The notes below the pieces were generated by a model. The model searched no databases and had not been told where the DNA came from. It was given only the letters and a program-made list of their open reading frames with translations. Position numbers and translations under genes: made by a program. From Candidatus Omnitrophota bacterium (lineage in GTDB: Bacteria; Omnitrophota; Gorgyraeia; 2-01-FULL-45-10), in NCBI GenBank assembly GCA_028699255.1, contig JAQVUX010000003.1:18654-82653 (forward strand): DNA of 64,000 bases. The letters are read 5' to 3'. Every line of letters begins with the position of its first letter. Positions within the stretch are counted from its first letter, which is position 1. Positions 40,258 to 50,174 of the stretch are shown here, in pieces.

Positions 40258-40985
40258 CTATGAGGGAAAAGCTGTTTAAGGACTATCTTTTTAAGAACGA
40301 TCTGCCGAAAGAACTTGACCATACAGTTCCTAATAAAAGGAGTTTGGAAGGCTGTGAAGCGATGTTTTTAAAATTCATACCACCCGATAAAAACATAAAG
40401 ATACTTGACGTAGGGTGCGGATGCGGCCAGCTCCTTTATATGTTACGGGAACACGGCTATAATAGGATCAAGGGGGTGGATCTTGGACAGGCCCAGATAG
40501 ATCTGACGAAAAAGCTCGGCATAGAGGCGGATAAGATCGATGATTTGCCAGACTACTTAGACAAAAATTATGGCTGGGATGTCGTGGTTATGAATCAAGT
40601 CATCGAGCATTTTCCCAAGGACAAAGTATATTTATACCTGGATGCTATAAAAAAATCTATTGTGCCAGGCGGCAAGATTATTATCGGAACGCCTAATATG
40701 GCGTTATTGTCGGGAGGCTTTCAAAGATATATAGATTTTACGCACGAGATAGGATTTACTGAACGATCCCTGCGGCAGGTGCTAAAAATTTGCGGATTTG
40801 AAGAAACGCAGATATCCGGCGAAGTCCCATCTTTAAAATTTCGTCCGAAGTTTTTAGTGTGGTTTTTTCTCAGGTCTATATGGTTTAAGATGCTGAGCTT
40901 TCTTTATCTTCTGGAGAGAGGAACTGAAAGACCAGGGATCATATCGAGGCACTTAATAGCGGTTGCAAAAAAATCTCTCAAATGA
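40233..40985 (+). CDS. Class I SAM-dependent methyltransferase
   Basis: ILDVGCGCGQLLYML motif I, VVVMNQVIEHFP, IVPGGKIIIGTPN. Confidence 0.7.
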   Translation: MEARMAQMTMREKLFKDYLFKNDLPKELDHTVPNKRSLEGCEAMFLKFIPPDKNIKILDVGCGCGQLLYMLREHGYNRIKGVDLGQAQIDLTKKLGIEADKIDDLPDYLDKNYGWDVVVMNQVIEHFPKDKVYLYLDAIKKSIVPGGKIIIGTPNMALLSGGFQRYIDFTHEIGFTERSLRQVLKICGFEETQISGEVPSLKFRPKFLVWFFLRSIWFKMLSFLYLLERGTERPGIISRHLIAVAKKSLK

Positions 40986-42463
40986 AAATCATGCTCATAT
41001 ATCCGCTTCTTTCCAGGCGGCGGGCCAAGGTCGATGAGAACAAACAGTTTTGGCCGCCGTTGGGGCTTGCGTATATAGCTTCCGTATTAGAGAGGGGCGG
41101 CCATGAGGTTGAGATATTGGACAGGGATGTGATATTGCGCAAAAATAATCTCGATTTCGAAAAGGGGGACGCTTTTATACTCGATAGGATCAGGCAATTT
41201 TCTCCGGGCATATTAGGCATAAGCGTAACAACGCCCAATATGCCGGATGTCGCTTACCTGTCGAACCTGATAAAAAGCTCTTTTAAAAAACCTATGATAG
41301 TCGTGGGCGGGCCGCATGTATCAGGCGAGCCGATTTTGACTATGAAAGAGGCGCCTTCATGCGATGTAGCGGTAAGAGGAGAAGGAGAGTTTACGCTATT
41401 GGAATTGGCCGACGGGAAGTCCTTGACGGACGTATCGGGTATCTCTTACAGATCCGCCTCTTCCGCAGTTTCTAATATCGATAGGATGCCTATCGCCGAC
41501 ATAGACGAGCTTCCGCTCCCAGCCCGCCATCTTTTAGATATGAAGCTATATACCCGGCCGAGCCGTTTTACGAGCAGAAACTTAAGCTTACGCACGACGT
41601 CGATCTTTACGGCACGCGGATGTCCCTACAGATGCAATTTTTGCGCCGGTCCGCTTGTATTTAGCGGCAAGGTAAGATTCCATTCTCCGGCGAGAGTTAT
41701 AAAAGAGATAGAGGAGCTTATTACGAAATATGACGTCGAAGCGCTCTACTTTGCCGAAGACATGTTCCTAAGTTCGAAGAAACGCGCCGAGGACATCCTG
41801 AGCCTTTTTATAGAAAAAGGTATAAATAAAAAGATAAAATGGATCGCGCAGGCAAAGGCGAATATTATAACGAAAGAACTGCTCGAACTTATGAAGGAAT
41901 CTGGTTGCGTAGGCGTCGAGTATGGATTTGAATCCGGTTCGCAAAGGGTGCTTGACCTGATGAACAAAAAGCTGAGCATAGAAGATAGCGTTAAGGCGGC
42001 GGCCCTCACAAGGCGTTCGCACCTGCGTTTCCAGGCGAATATCATCGTGGGTTATCCGGGAGAGCGTATCGAAGATTTTAGACAGACTACGTCATTCATA
42101 AAGAAGATACGTGCCAATATGATAGGCTTCAACCTCTTTATGCCGCTTCCCGGCACGCCAAGTTATGAAAAACTGAAGACGAACGGCACTCCTCTACCCA
42201 GATGGGAAGATGTCGGCGACCAGGAATCACCCGGTACAAATTATGCCGACATGCCCGAAGGTGTTTTCGAAAAGATGTATTACGAGGCGCGGCTCAAGAC
42301 CATATTACCAATAAACTTATGGAACTTTATACTCGATAACGCCGCGCATCCGTTGCGGCTTCTCAAAGTAGGGATGACCCAATTTGGCGGAGTGCTGGTC
42401 AAGACACTGCGCAGTATATCGAAGCTGAACGGTATAAATAAAAAGATCAGGGCGGGGCGATAG
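40982..42463 (+). CDS. Cobalamin-binding (class B) radical SAM enzyme
   Basis: B12-binding N-terminus (KIMLIYPLL...PPLGLAYIASVL), radical SAM ARGCPYRCNFCAG. Confidence 0.8.
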   Translation: MKIMLIYPLLSRRRAKVDENKQFWPPLGLAYIASVLERGGHEVEILDRDVILRKNNLDFEKGDAFILDRIRQFSPGILGISVTTPNMPDVAYLSNLIKSSFKKPMIVVGGPHVSGEPILTMKEAPSCDVAVRGEGEFTLLELADGKSLTDVSGISYRSASSAVSNIDRMPIADIDELPLPARHLLDMKLYTRPSRFTSRNLSLRTTSIFTARGCPYRCNFCAGPLVFSGKVRFHSPARVIKEIEELITKYDVEALYFAEDMFLSSKKRAEDILSLFIEKGINKKIKWIAQAKANIITKELLELMKESGCVGVEYGFESGSQRVLDLMNKKLSIEDSVKAAALTRRSHLRFQANIIVGYPGERIEDFRQTTSFIKKIRANMIGFNLFMPLPGTPSYEKLKTNGTPLPRWEDVGDQESPGTNYADMPEGVFEKMYYEARLKTILPINLWNFILDNAAHPLRLLKVGMTQFGGVLVKTLRSISKLNGINKKIRAGR

Positions 42464-43677
42464 TGAGCGAGCAAAGAGCGCTTTACATAACTTACGACGG
42501 TGCGCTGGAGCCGATAGCGCAGTCCCAGGTATTGAATTATATACGCCGTCTGGCTAAAGATGGTTTTAAATTTTATCTCGTTTCTTTTGAAAAGAAAGAA
42601 AATCTGCGCGACGAGGCATATCTTTCCAGAATGGCTGAGGGTATGGCCAGAAACGGGATAGTGTGGCTACGTCTTAAATACCATGCGAGGCCGAAAGTAT
42701 TGGCAACATTTTTTGATATTATCCTGGGTGGTATATTCTGTTTCTTCGTAGTTTTGAAAAATAGGATAGGGATCATACATGTGAGGGCAGAAATGCCGGC
42801 CACTATGGCATTGCCGGCTCTGCTTATACCCGGGATAAGGTTTATCTATGACAGGCGCGGCGTGATGGCATACGATTATGTGGAGGGTGGGCTATGGCCG
42901 AAAAACAGGGCGATGACAAAGTTTTTATGCAGGTCTATAAATGCTCTCGACAGGGTATTCCTGAATCGCGCGGATCATGTGGTAGTCCTGTCGAGGAAGA
43001 TGAAAGATTTCCTCGGGGAGAATTTTTTTAAGTCGAAGAAAAACGATAAGGTGAGAGTTATACCATGCTGTGTTGACGTAGATAAGTTTGTGCCTGCCCG
43101 GCCGGACGCCTCAGGCGATCGCGGCAGTTTTACACTCGTGTACAGCGGTTCTCTCGGGACATGGAATATGCTTAATGAGATGGTGGATTTTTTTAGCGAA
43201 TTAAAAAGGCATAAAAATAACGCGCATTTTTCCATAGTTACGCAATCGCCTGTCCGGATGGTCGAGGATACCGTCGGCGGCCGTTTGAAACGTGAGGATT
43301 ACACTGTCCGCAGTGGCCGGTACGAAGAGATGCCCGGGTATATTGCCGAGGCGGATGCCGGGATCATATTCAGGATACCGGGTTTTGCTAAGACCGCGGC
43401 TTCTCCTACGAAATTCGGTGAGTATCTGGCGTGCGGGGTACCGGTAGTGATAAATTCGGGGATAGGAGACACGGAAGAACTGGTTCGCGGCGGCAGGATA
43501 GGAGTGATCGTCGATAGATTTTGTGAGGATGATTACAGGTCGGCGGCTCTGGAATTACTTAAAATGCACGCTGAAGGCAAGTTTTTACGGCAACGGTGCA
43601 GAGATGCGGGCGTTAAGGAGTTTTCGCTCGCCGGCGGCGTGGAAAAATATCTGGAAATATACAGGAGCTTGAGATGA
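42463..43677 (+). CDS. Glycosyltransferase family 4
   Basis: C-terminal GT4 block PTKFGEYLACGVPVVINSGIGDTEELV. Confidence 0.7.
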   Translation: MSEQRALYITYDGALEPIAQSQVLNYIRRLAKDGFKFYLVSFEKKENLRDEAYLSRMAEGMARNGIVWLRLKYHARPKVLATFFDIILGGIFCFFVVLKNRIGIIHVRAEMPATMALPALLIPGIRFIYDRRGVMAYDYVEGGLWPKNRAMTKFLCRSINALDRVFLNRADHVVVLSRKMKDFLGENFFKSKKNDKVRVIPCCVDVDKFVPARPDASGDRGSFTLVYSGSLGTWNMLNEMVDFFSELKRHKNNAHFSIVTQSPVRMVEDTVGGRLKREDYTVRSGRYEEMPGYIAEADAGIIFRIPGFAKTAASPTKFGEYLACGVPVVINSGIGDTEELVRGGRIGVIVDRFCEDDYRSAALELLKMHAEGKFLRQRCRDAGVKEFSLAGGVEKYLEIYRSLR

Positions 43678-44771
43678 AGATACTATTTTTAGTTCCATAT
43701 CCTTCCGAAGGAGCCTCCAATCGCATAAGGGTTGAACAGTTTATTCCTTACCTGAATTCCGCCGGGATAGTGACCAGAGTCAGACCATTTGTGAACAAAA
43801 AATTTTACGAGGTATTATATCTTCCGAAACATTATATGAAAAAAATATTCTGGTTTTCCCTGTGTACTTTTAACAGGATTCTGGATATCGCCAGAGCAAT
43901 AAAATATGACGTGATATTTATACACAGAGAGGCCTATCCTTTGGGCGGAGCTATTATCGAAAGCATACTGCACATGATGGGCAAGCCGATAGTATATGAT
44001 TTCGACGACGCTATATACCTGCCGAACACAAGCGAGCATAATGTCTATATCGAACGGCTGAAGAATCCGCGTAAGACAGAGCGTATAATAAAAATGGCGA
44101 ATCTGGTTATCGCGGGTAATGGCTATCTAAAAAAATATGCGGAACATTATAGCGCTAACGTGCATATAATCCCGAGTTCCGTCGACACCGCGCGTTATAC
44201 TCATCCCGTGATGCCGGGTTCGGACGATAAGGTCGTTATAGGATGGATTGGCAGTGATACGACAAAGCGTTTTCTTCGCGTTATTAAAGAGGCGCTCGAA
44301 GAGCTATCGGGCCGGTATCCTAAAATGTTCCTTAAGGTGGTAGGAGCGTCGCCTTTCAATTCAAAGCTTCCGAATGTTATAAATAAAAGATGGGCCATGG
44401 AAGACGAGATAACCGATTTGCAAAGTTTCGATATAGGCGTTATGCCAATGCCCAACAATGAATGGACCCGGGGGAAATGTGGATTTAAAGCGCTTCTCTA
44501 TATGTCATGCGGCGTGCCGGTTGTCGCGGCAAATGCCGGCGTCAACGCGGAGATCATAAAAGACGGCGATAATGGTTTTCTCGCTTCCAACACCAGAGAA
44601 TGGATAAAGAAACTCACCATTCTTATAGAGGATAAGGAGCTTCGCCGTAAAATGGGAGACAGGGGCAGGCAGACCGTGGAGAGGTTGTATTCGGTAAAGA
44701 GCAATGCCCCGAAGTTTGTGGCGCTTGTATCTGGTATCGCGAAATCGGACTCAAAAGAGGTGTCCGGGTGA
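43674..44771 (+). CDS. Glycosyltransferase family 4
   Basis: FKALLYMSCGVPVVAANAGVNAEIIKDGDNGFLA GT4 C-terminal signature. Confidence 0.7.
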   Translation: MKILFLVPYPSEGASNRIRVEQFIPYLNSAGIVTRVRPFVNKKFYEVLYLPKHYMKKIFWFSLCTFNRILDIARAIKYDVIFIHREAYPLGGAIIESILHMMGKPIVYDFDDAIYLPNTSEHNVYIERLKNPRKTERIIKMANLVIAGNGYLKKYAEHYSANVHIIPSSVDTARYTHPVMPGSDDKVVIGWIGSDTTKRFLRVIKEALEELSGRYPKMFLKVVGASPFNSKLPNVINKRWAMEDEITDLQSFDIGVMPMPNNEWTRGKCGFKALLYMSCGVPVVAANAGVNAEIIKDGDNGFLASNTREWIKKLTILIEDKELRRKMGDRGRQTVERLYSVKSNAPKFVALVSGIAKSDSKEVSG

Positions 44772-46171
44772 AAATATTACTGATAAACCCGTCGCAGAGA
44801 GCCGCATACGGCAAGTTTACCGATGTGCCGACGTTCTTTCCTATGGGGCTCGGGTATCTGGGCGCCTCACTGGAGAAGGGCGGGCACGAAGTTACTCTTG
44901 TGGATATGGATGCCCAGGGTCTTACCGAAGCGGGCCTTAAAGAAATACTCGATCGTACAGGATATGGCCTTGTAGGCATAACCGCGACTTCACCGACGGT
45001 GAAGAGTGCCTTCAAATTGGCCGCGTTCGTGAAATCCGGCGCGAATGCCCGCGTAGTGCTGGGCGGCGTTCATCCGACGCTTTTTCCTGATCATGTATTC
45101 GAATGTAATGATGTCGATTTTGCGATAAGAGGTGAGGGTGAAAATGCAATATTAGAATTAGCCGAGGCTCTGGGAAAGGATGCGGCGCTGGGTGGAATAT
45201 TGGGGCTATCGTTCAGGGGCCCGGAAGGTATTTTACATAATCCGCCGCGACCCCTGATAGAAGACCTGGACAGCCTGCCTTTTCCCATAATGCATAAACT
45301 GAACAAAAACCTTTATTCTTATCCCAATTCTCTCATGAAAAGGATAGCGCCTATATTGACATCGAGGGGTTGCCCGGGCCGATGCACATTTTGCTGTACA
45401 AAAAAGACTTTTGGGACGCGTATAAGATACAGGAGCGCTGAAAACGTAGTGGCCGAGCTCGCCTATCTTAAAGATAATTTCGGCACTCAGGAAATACATG
45501 TATGGGACGACAATTTTATTACCAATAAAAAATTCATAGTAGAGTTAAAGGATTTGATGAGAAAACGCGGCCTCTCTTTCAAGATATGTCTTGTTAACGG
45601 CGTCCGGGTCGATTTTTTTACGGAAGAGATGGCGGGATATTTGAAGGAGATGGGGGTTTATTCAATCGCTTTTGGCATCGAATCCGGGAGTCAGAGGGTT
45701 CTTGACGGAGTAAAGAAGGGCATAAAACTCGAAACTTCTATTAAAGCTGTGGCTATGGCCAGGAGATTTGGATTTGAGACATGGGGATTTTTCATGCTGG
45801 GCCTGCCCGGGGATGATAAGCAGACGATAAAAGAGACGATAGATTTTTCCGTGAAACTCGACCCTGATATAGCTAAGTTCCATATATTAAAGCCGTTTCC
45901 CGGCACAGAGGTTTATGACAAACTTAAAGAAGACGGCTGTTTATTGAGCATGGATTTTGACAGGTATGGCATACATACCGGGCCAGTCCACAGACTGCCG
46001 GGACTGACAGAGGACGATATGATCAAAGCGCAGAAGGCGGCGTACAAGGCATTCTATTTCAGGCCCAAAAAGATATTGAGCCAAATAAATAAACTTAAAA
46101 GTTTTGAAAGAGTAAAATTCCTGGCCAAGGCATCGTTTAATATGGTGAAAATATTAAGAGGTGACGTATGA
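44768..46171 (+). CDS. Cobalamin-binding (class B) radical SAM enzyme
   Basis: B12-binding N-terminus (KILLINPS...PMGLGYLGASL), radical SAM SRGCPGRCTFCCT. Confidence 0.8.
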   Translation: MKILLINPSQRAAYGKFTDVPTFFPMGLGYLGASLEKGGHEVTLVDMDAQGLTEAGLKEILDRTGYGLVGITATSPTVKSAFKLAAFVKSGANARVVLGGVHPTLFPDHVFECNDVDFAIRGEGENAILELAEALGKDAALGGILGLSFRGPEGILHNPPRPLIEDLDSLPFPIMHKLNKNLYSYPNSLMKRIAPILTSRGCPGRCTFCCTKKTFGTRIRYRSAENVVAELAYLKDNFGTQEIHVWDDNFITNKKFIVELKDLMRKRGLSFKICLVNGVRVDFFTEEMAGYLKEMGVYSIAFGIESGSQRVLDGVKKGIKLETSIKAVAMARRFGFETWGFFMLGLPGDDKQTIKETIDFSVKLDPDIAKFHILKPFPGTEVYDKLKEDGCLLSMDFDRYGIHTGPVHRLPGLTEDDMIKAQKAAYKAFYFRPKKILSQINKLKSFERVKFLAKASFNMVKILRGDV

Positions 46172-46899
46172 AGCTTTCTGTAGTAATGCCGGCGCATAAT
46201 GAGGAAGATTGCATCCAGCAGGCGGTAACTGAAGTGGTCGAAGAGCTGGTGAAGAGCGCGATAGAGTATGAGCTGGTACTGGTAAATGACAACAGTACCG
46301 ACTCTACGCCTGAGGTAGCGAGGAAACTCCAGGCAAAGTTTAAAGGGATAAAGATTATCGACAGGACGCCGCCCGGCGGGTTCGGCAGGGCGGTACGGGA
46401 CGGGCTCGACGCGGCTACCGGGGGCGCGGTCGTGATAGTAATGGGGGATATGTCGGACGACCCAAAGGACATAGTCAGATATTTCCGCAAGATCGAAGAG
46501 GGGTACGATTGCGTGTTCGGATCCCGGTTTATAAAAGGAAGCATAGTCAAAGACTATCCACCGCTTAAACTTTTCATAAATCGCCTCGCGAATAATTTTA
46601 TCCGTACACTTTTTTTTGTAAAACAAAACGATATTACCAATGCCTTTAAGATATATCGGAGGGGAGTGATAGAAGCGTGCCGACCGTTTTTGGCGCCATA
46701 TTTTAACATTACCGTCGAGATACCCTTAAAAGCTGTAAACCGAAAGTTTAAAGTGGCACAGATGCCGATTAGCTGGTATGGCCGTAAGTCAGGTGTCTCC
46801 AAATTGCGCATGAAAGAGATGGGCAGAAAATATTTATTTACGGTTTTGTATGTTTGGTTGGAGCGAATACTGCTGAAGGATGAACTTAGGAGACCCTGA
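46168..46899 (+). CDS. GT2 polyprenol-phosphate glycosyltransferase (Dpm1/ArnC/GtrB-like, soluble form)
   Basis: MKLSVVMPAHNEEDCI, LVNDNSTDST, MGDMSDD (DxD-region), 243 aa. Confidence 0.65.
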   Translation: MKLSVVMPAHNEEDCIQQAVTEVVEELVKSAIEYELVLVNDNSTDSTPEVARKLQAKFKGIKIIDRTPPGGFGRAVRDGLDAATGGAVVIVMGDMSDDPKDIVRYFRKIEEGYDCVFGSRFIKGSIVKDYPPLKLFINRLANNFIRTLFFVKQNDITNAFKIYRRGVIEACRPFLAPYFNITVEIPLKAVNRKFKVAQMPISWYGRKSGVSKLRMKEMGRKYLFTVLYVWLERILLKDELRRP

Positions 46900-47644
46900 C
46901 CATATGCAGAATAAAATAGAAGAAGCGAAATTTTTCAATAATTTTGGAGATGATTATGATGTATTGACCGAAAAAGCGTATAGCAGGATACTAGATTCAT
47001 TCAGTAGGGTGACACATCCTACTGAGGGCGATAGAATAATTGATCTCGGATGCGGTAGCGGCGCTTTTACGGCGAGATTGGCGAAGCGCTATCCGAACGT
47101 GAATATTGTGGGAGTCGATATTTCATCGGTGCTTATAGATAAGGCGAAAAAAGCAAATCCCAACATAAAATACGCCGTTCTGGATATCGAGCACCTGCCC
47201 TACCCCGCAGAGACATTTGATATTGCTGTATTCAGCGGAGTCCTACACCATTTTATTGATATGTCACCGGTTTTGAAGGAGGCGTACAGGGTTTTAAAAA
47301 AAGATGGTAGATGTTTTGCTTACGATCCCAATAATGACAATCCTTTCATGTGGTTATATAGGAACAGAAAATCGCCGTTTTTTTCTTCAAAGGGGATAAC
47401 TTCCAACGAACGTCTTTTATCGCGCAAAGATTTGCGGGTGGCGTTCATGAAGGCTGGGTTTGCGTCCGATGTGTTCGCGATAGGTGGTATAACTTATAGA
47501 TATGTGAACGGCCCATCGGCGCTTTTACCAGTATACAATTTTTTTGAAGAACTATCCATAGTAAATCCGCTTATCCGCCGGATAGGGTCTTTTCTGATCT
47601 CGGTAGCCAGGAAAAATATTAAAAATAAGGTCGACACAATATGA
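46880..47644 (+). CDS. Class I SAM-dependent methyltransferase
   Basis: IIDLGCGSGAFTARL motif I, VLKKDGRCFAYDPN. Confidence 0.7.
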   Translation: MNLGDPDHMQNKIEEAKFFNNFGDDYDVLTEKAYSRILDSFSRVTHPTEGDRIIDLGCGSGAFTARLAKRYPNVNIVGVDISSVLIDKAKKANPNIKYAVLDIEHLPYPAETFDIAVFSGVLHHFIDMSPVLKEAYRVLKKDGRCFAYDPNNDNPFMWLYRNRKSPFFSSKGITSNERLLSRKDLRVAFMKAGFASDVFAIGGITYRYVNGPSALLPVYNFFEELSIVNPLIRRIGSFLISVARKNIKNKVDTI

Positions 47645-49443
47645 AGAAGATGCTTTTAGCGGCATTCGTCATTACAGCTGTAACATACTTAGCGGTTTTC
47701 GATGGGATATTTTATATAAAGAATATATTTAGCGCTGGTGTTATATTCAACGTGCCTTTACCTTATATTATAGTAACGGTCATGTTCATTTTTTTGTATG
47801 CACGGCTGATGAATAAAAAGATAAAAAATATAGCATATGCCGCGATCGCGGCCGCTGTGTATATATCGTTATTTTATCTTTTGACCGATATGAAGCTGGG
47901 GATGATGAAGAATGACCCATTCGGCGGGAATAGGGGTATCTTCGGGCTCTACGGCATATTCTATTATACGGTAGTGACGGCCGCCTTCTCTTTAATCGCA
48001 GGGGTTTCGTTATCGTGGCGGCTGAAACCGGTATTTTGCCTGCCTGCCGTTTTTTCGTTTGTCGTCGTCGAGTCGATGCTCCTGGTAAATGCCCTTTGGT
48101 TTTATGCGTTTACTTTTATAATCTTTTTTGTTTTAGGGGTTTTATTGAACCGGTCCCGGTTTTTCGTAAAAGAGATATGGCGCCGCGCACCGGGATTTTT
48201 AAAAGACGAAAGAATATTTTTAATTGCCCTGTTAATAGCCGCGATAGCGATCAGATATTTCTGGGGCATGCGGCTCCTGGGAATAACCGGCGCCAATTTC
48301 ATAATCGCCAGCGATGACGGTGTCTCCTACGATAGATTTGCGACCATATTGGCTGGAGGGAACATCATTCCGAAAGAAGATGCCCTGTACGTCAGCGGAT
48401 TCGGTTACTGGTACTTTCTGGGTGCCGCCTACAAAATCTTTGGCGTGCACAACTTTAAGGCGATAGTGCTCATACAGTCGCTTTTGGGGGCCATGGTACC
48501 CATCATCACCTATCGTATCGGGAGGGCGATATTTGGTAATAGATCGGCTCCGTCCATAGCCGCCGCCTTTGTGGCAATCGATATGAACCTTATATTCCTT
48601 TCCGTTGTTATAGGGATGGAGGCGATATACATACCGGTGGTTTTATGCGCGATATGGTATATGGTGCGCCTCTTTAGTCGTATCTATAATATATCTACGA
48701 AGGAGGCTTTTCTTGCAGGTTGTCTTTTCGGCCTCGCGCAGATAATAAGGCCTGAACTACTATTGTTCCCGTTCGTGCTGGCGGCATTGATATGCATTTT
48801 TGTAAAAAACGGCATGAAATTGAAAAAGGCGTTCAGGGTGATCGTGTTTTTATTCGCAGGATTCCTTATTCTCATATCGGTGCAGGGGTTTATTACCTAT
48901 CGAAACTACGGCGTATTTTATGTCGTGCCGTCCACCGGTTTGCAAGGAGCGTTTTCAGGAGGTATTTCCGATGGGCAATGCATTGATGAAAATAAGACGC
49001 TGGACAGTATGGGTTTCAATCCATTCAAGGATATGAGAGGTTCGATAGCGGTGTTTTTCGGCCATCCGGCCGAAGTGGCGCGATTAATGACGTTCGGTTT
49101 TTTAAAGCGGTTTATAATATTTTTCTTCAAACCTAATTTCGGCACCTTCGATCCATTCTATCTTGTAAATCCGGGAAGCGGATATGTATTCGGATTCCCG
49201 CTGTTCGTGCAGTTTTACGGACTGTTATTCACGATATTCGGGTTATTCTCAGCGTTTCTTAAAAAAGAAAATATACCGGCCAAGACTGCGCTTGTATCAT
49301 TCGTTGCCCTGATAGCGTTCCAATACAGTTTTGTATGGGTACTGAATGCCAGATATAGAGGCGTTGTCCTCCCGGTAATAATGTTGTTCATGGCATACGG
49401 GATAACGGTGTTTTATAAAAAAGCCAAAGAGAATCTGTCATGA
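47641..49443 (+). CDS. GT-C fold membrane glycosyltransferase (ArnT/PMT-like), paralog of 11196..12917
   Basis: Polytopic; IIASDDGVSY DD motif; shared blocks with 11196 ORF (VIGMEAIYIP, FKPNFGTFDP, NPGSGY, NARYRGV). Confidence 0.6.
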   Translation: MKKMLLAAFVITAVTYLAVFDGIFYIKNIFSAGVIFNVPLPYIIVTVMFIFLYARLMNKKIKNIAYAAIAAAVYISLFYLLTDMKLGMMKNDPFGGNRGIFGLYGIFYYTVVTAAFSLIAGVSLSWRLKPVFCLPAVFSFVVVESMLLVNALWFYAFTFIIFFVLGVLLNRSRFFVKEIWRRAPGFLKDERIFLIALLIAAIAIRYFWGMRLLGITGANFIIASDDGVSYDRFATILAGGNIIPKEDALYVSGFGYWYFLGAAYKIFGVHNFKAIVLIQSLLGAMVPIITYRIGRAIFGNRSAPSIAAAFVAIDMNLIFLSVVIGMEAIYIPVVLCAIWYMVRLFSRIYNISTKEAFLAGCLFGLAQIIRPELLLFPFVLAALICIFVKNGMKLKKAFRVIVFLFAGFLILISVQGFITYRNYGVFYVVPSTGLQGAFSGGISDGQCIDENKTLDSMGFNPFKDMRGSIAVFFGHPAEVARLMTFGFLKRFIIFFFKPNFGTFDPFYLVNPGSGYVFGFPLFVQFYGLLFTIFGLFSAFLKKENIPAKTALVSFVALIAFQYSFVWVLNARYRGVVLPVIMLFMAYGITVFYKKAKENLS

Positions 49444-50174
49444 ATAAGAGCAAAAAGTTTTCATTATTAGTACTGGCGATCCTTTTGGCGGCTGTCATAG
49501 TCTTGGCCAATATCAACGTTTCGATAACGCAGGGCGTTGACGGCCGATTAAGGACTATAACGATGCCGCTCTATGTAAAGTGGATAGAGTTTTTATCGCG
49601 CCATTATGAATACGCGAGGATTGCCAAAGAGGTTACGGCGGGTTGCCGTTCCGACGAAGATAAGACGCTGGCGATACTGAAATGGACGCACGATAATATA
49701 AGAAAAACACCTTCGGAGTGGCCCGTAGTCGATGACCACGTGCTCAATATAATCATACGCGGGTATGGGGTGGCCGATCAGTTCCAGGATGTTTTTACCA
49801 CGTTATGCGCATACAGCGGTTTACCGGCATTTTATGAAGATACATATAACGATAAGAAAGAGGCGCGATATCCGATAGCGTTTGTCAAATTTAACAATTC
49901 ATGGCACGCCTTCGATGCCTATTACTATAAGTATTTTAAGACCAACGACGGCAGGATCGCTACCATCGAAGATATAATAAGGGACAGATCTATAATCGAT
50001 AAGGCTATCGGTGGCGATATGACATGGGGAGGAGTGCCGTATAGGAATTTTTACTATAGTTTAAAGCCGGTGGAGGAAGGAAAGACTCTTCGTCCCGCCA
50101 AACAGATGCCAATGAACAGGATATTATTCGAGATTAAGAAAGCGATAGGGTTGGAGAAGGGTAAGGCCGCATGA
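49440..50174 (+). CDS. Hypothetical exported/membrane-anchored protein (possibly transglutaminase-like Cys-His-Asp fold)
   Basis: N-terminal signal/TM (LLVLAILLAAVIVLA); Cys (TAGCRSDEDK) and downstream WHAFDAY His/Asp spacing loosely resembles transglutaminase-like core. Confidence 0.3.
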   Translation: MNKSKKFSLLVLAILLAAVIVLANINVSITQGVDGRLRTITMPLYVKWIEFLSRHYEYARIAKEVTAGCRSDEDKTLAILKWTHDNIRKTPSEWPVVDDHVLNIIIRGYGVADQFQDVFTTLCAYSGLPAFYEDTYNDKKEARYPIAFVKFNNSWHAFDAYYYKYFKTNDGRIATIEDIIRDRSIIDKAIGGDMTWGGVPYRNFYYSLKPVEEGKTLRPAKQMPMNRILFEIKKAIGLEKGKAA

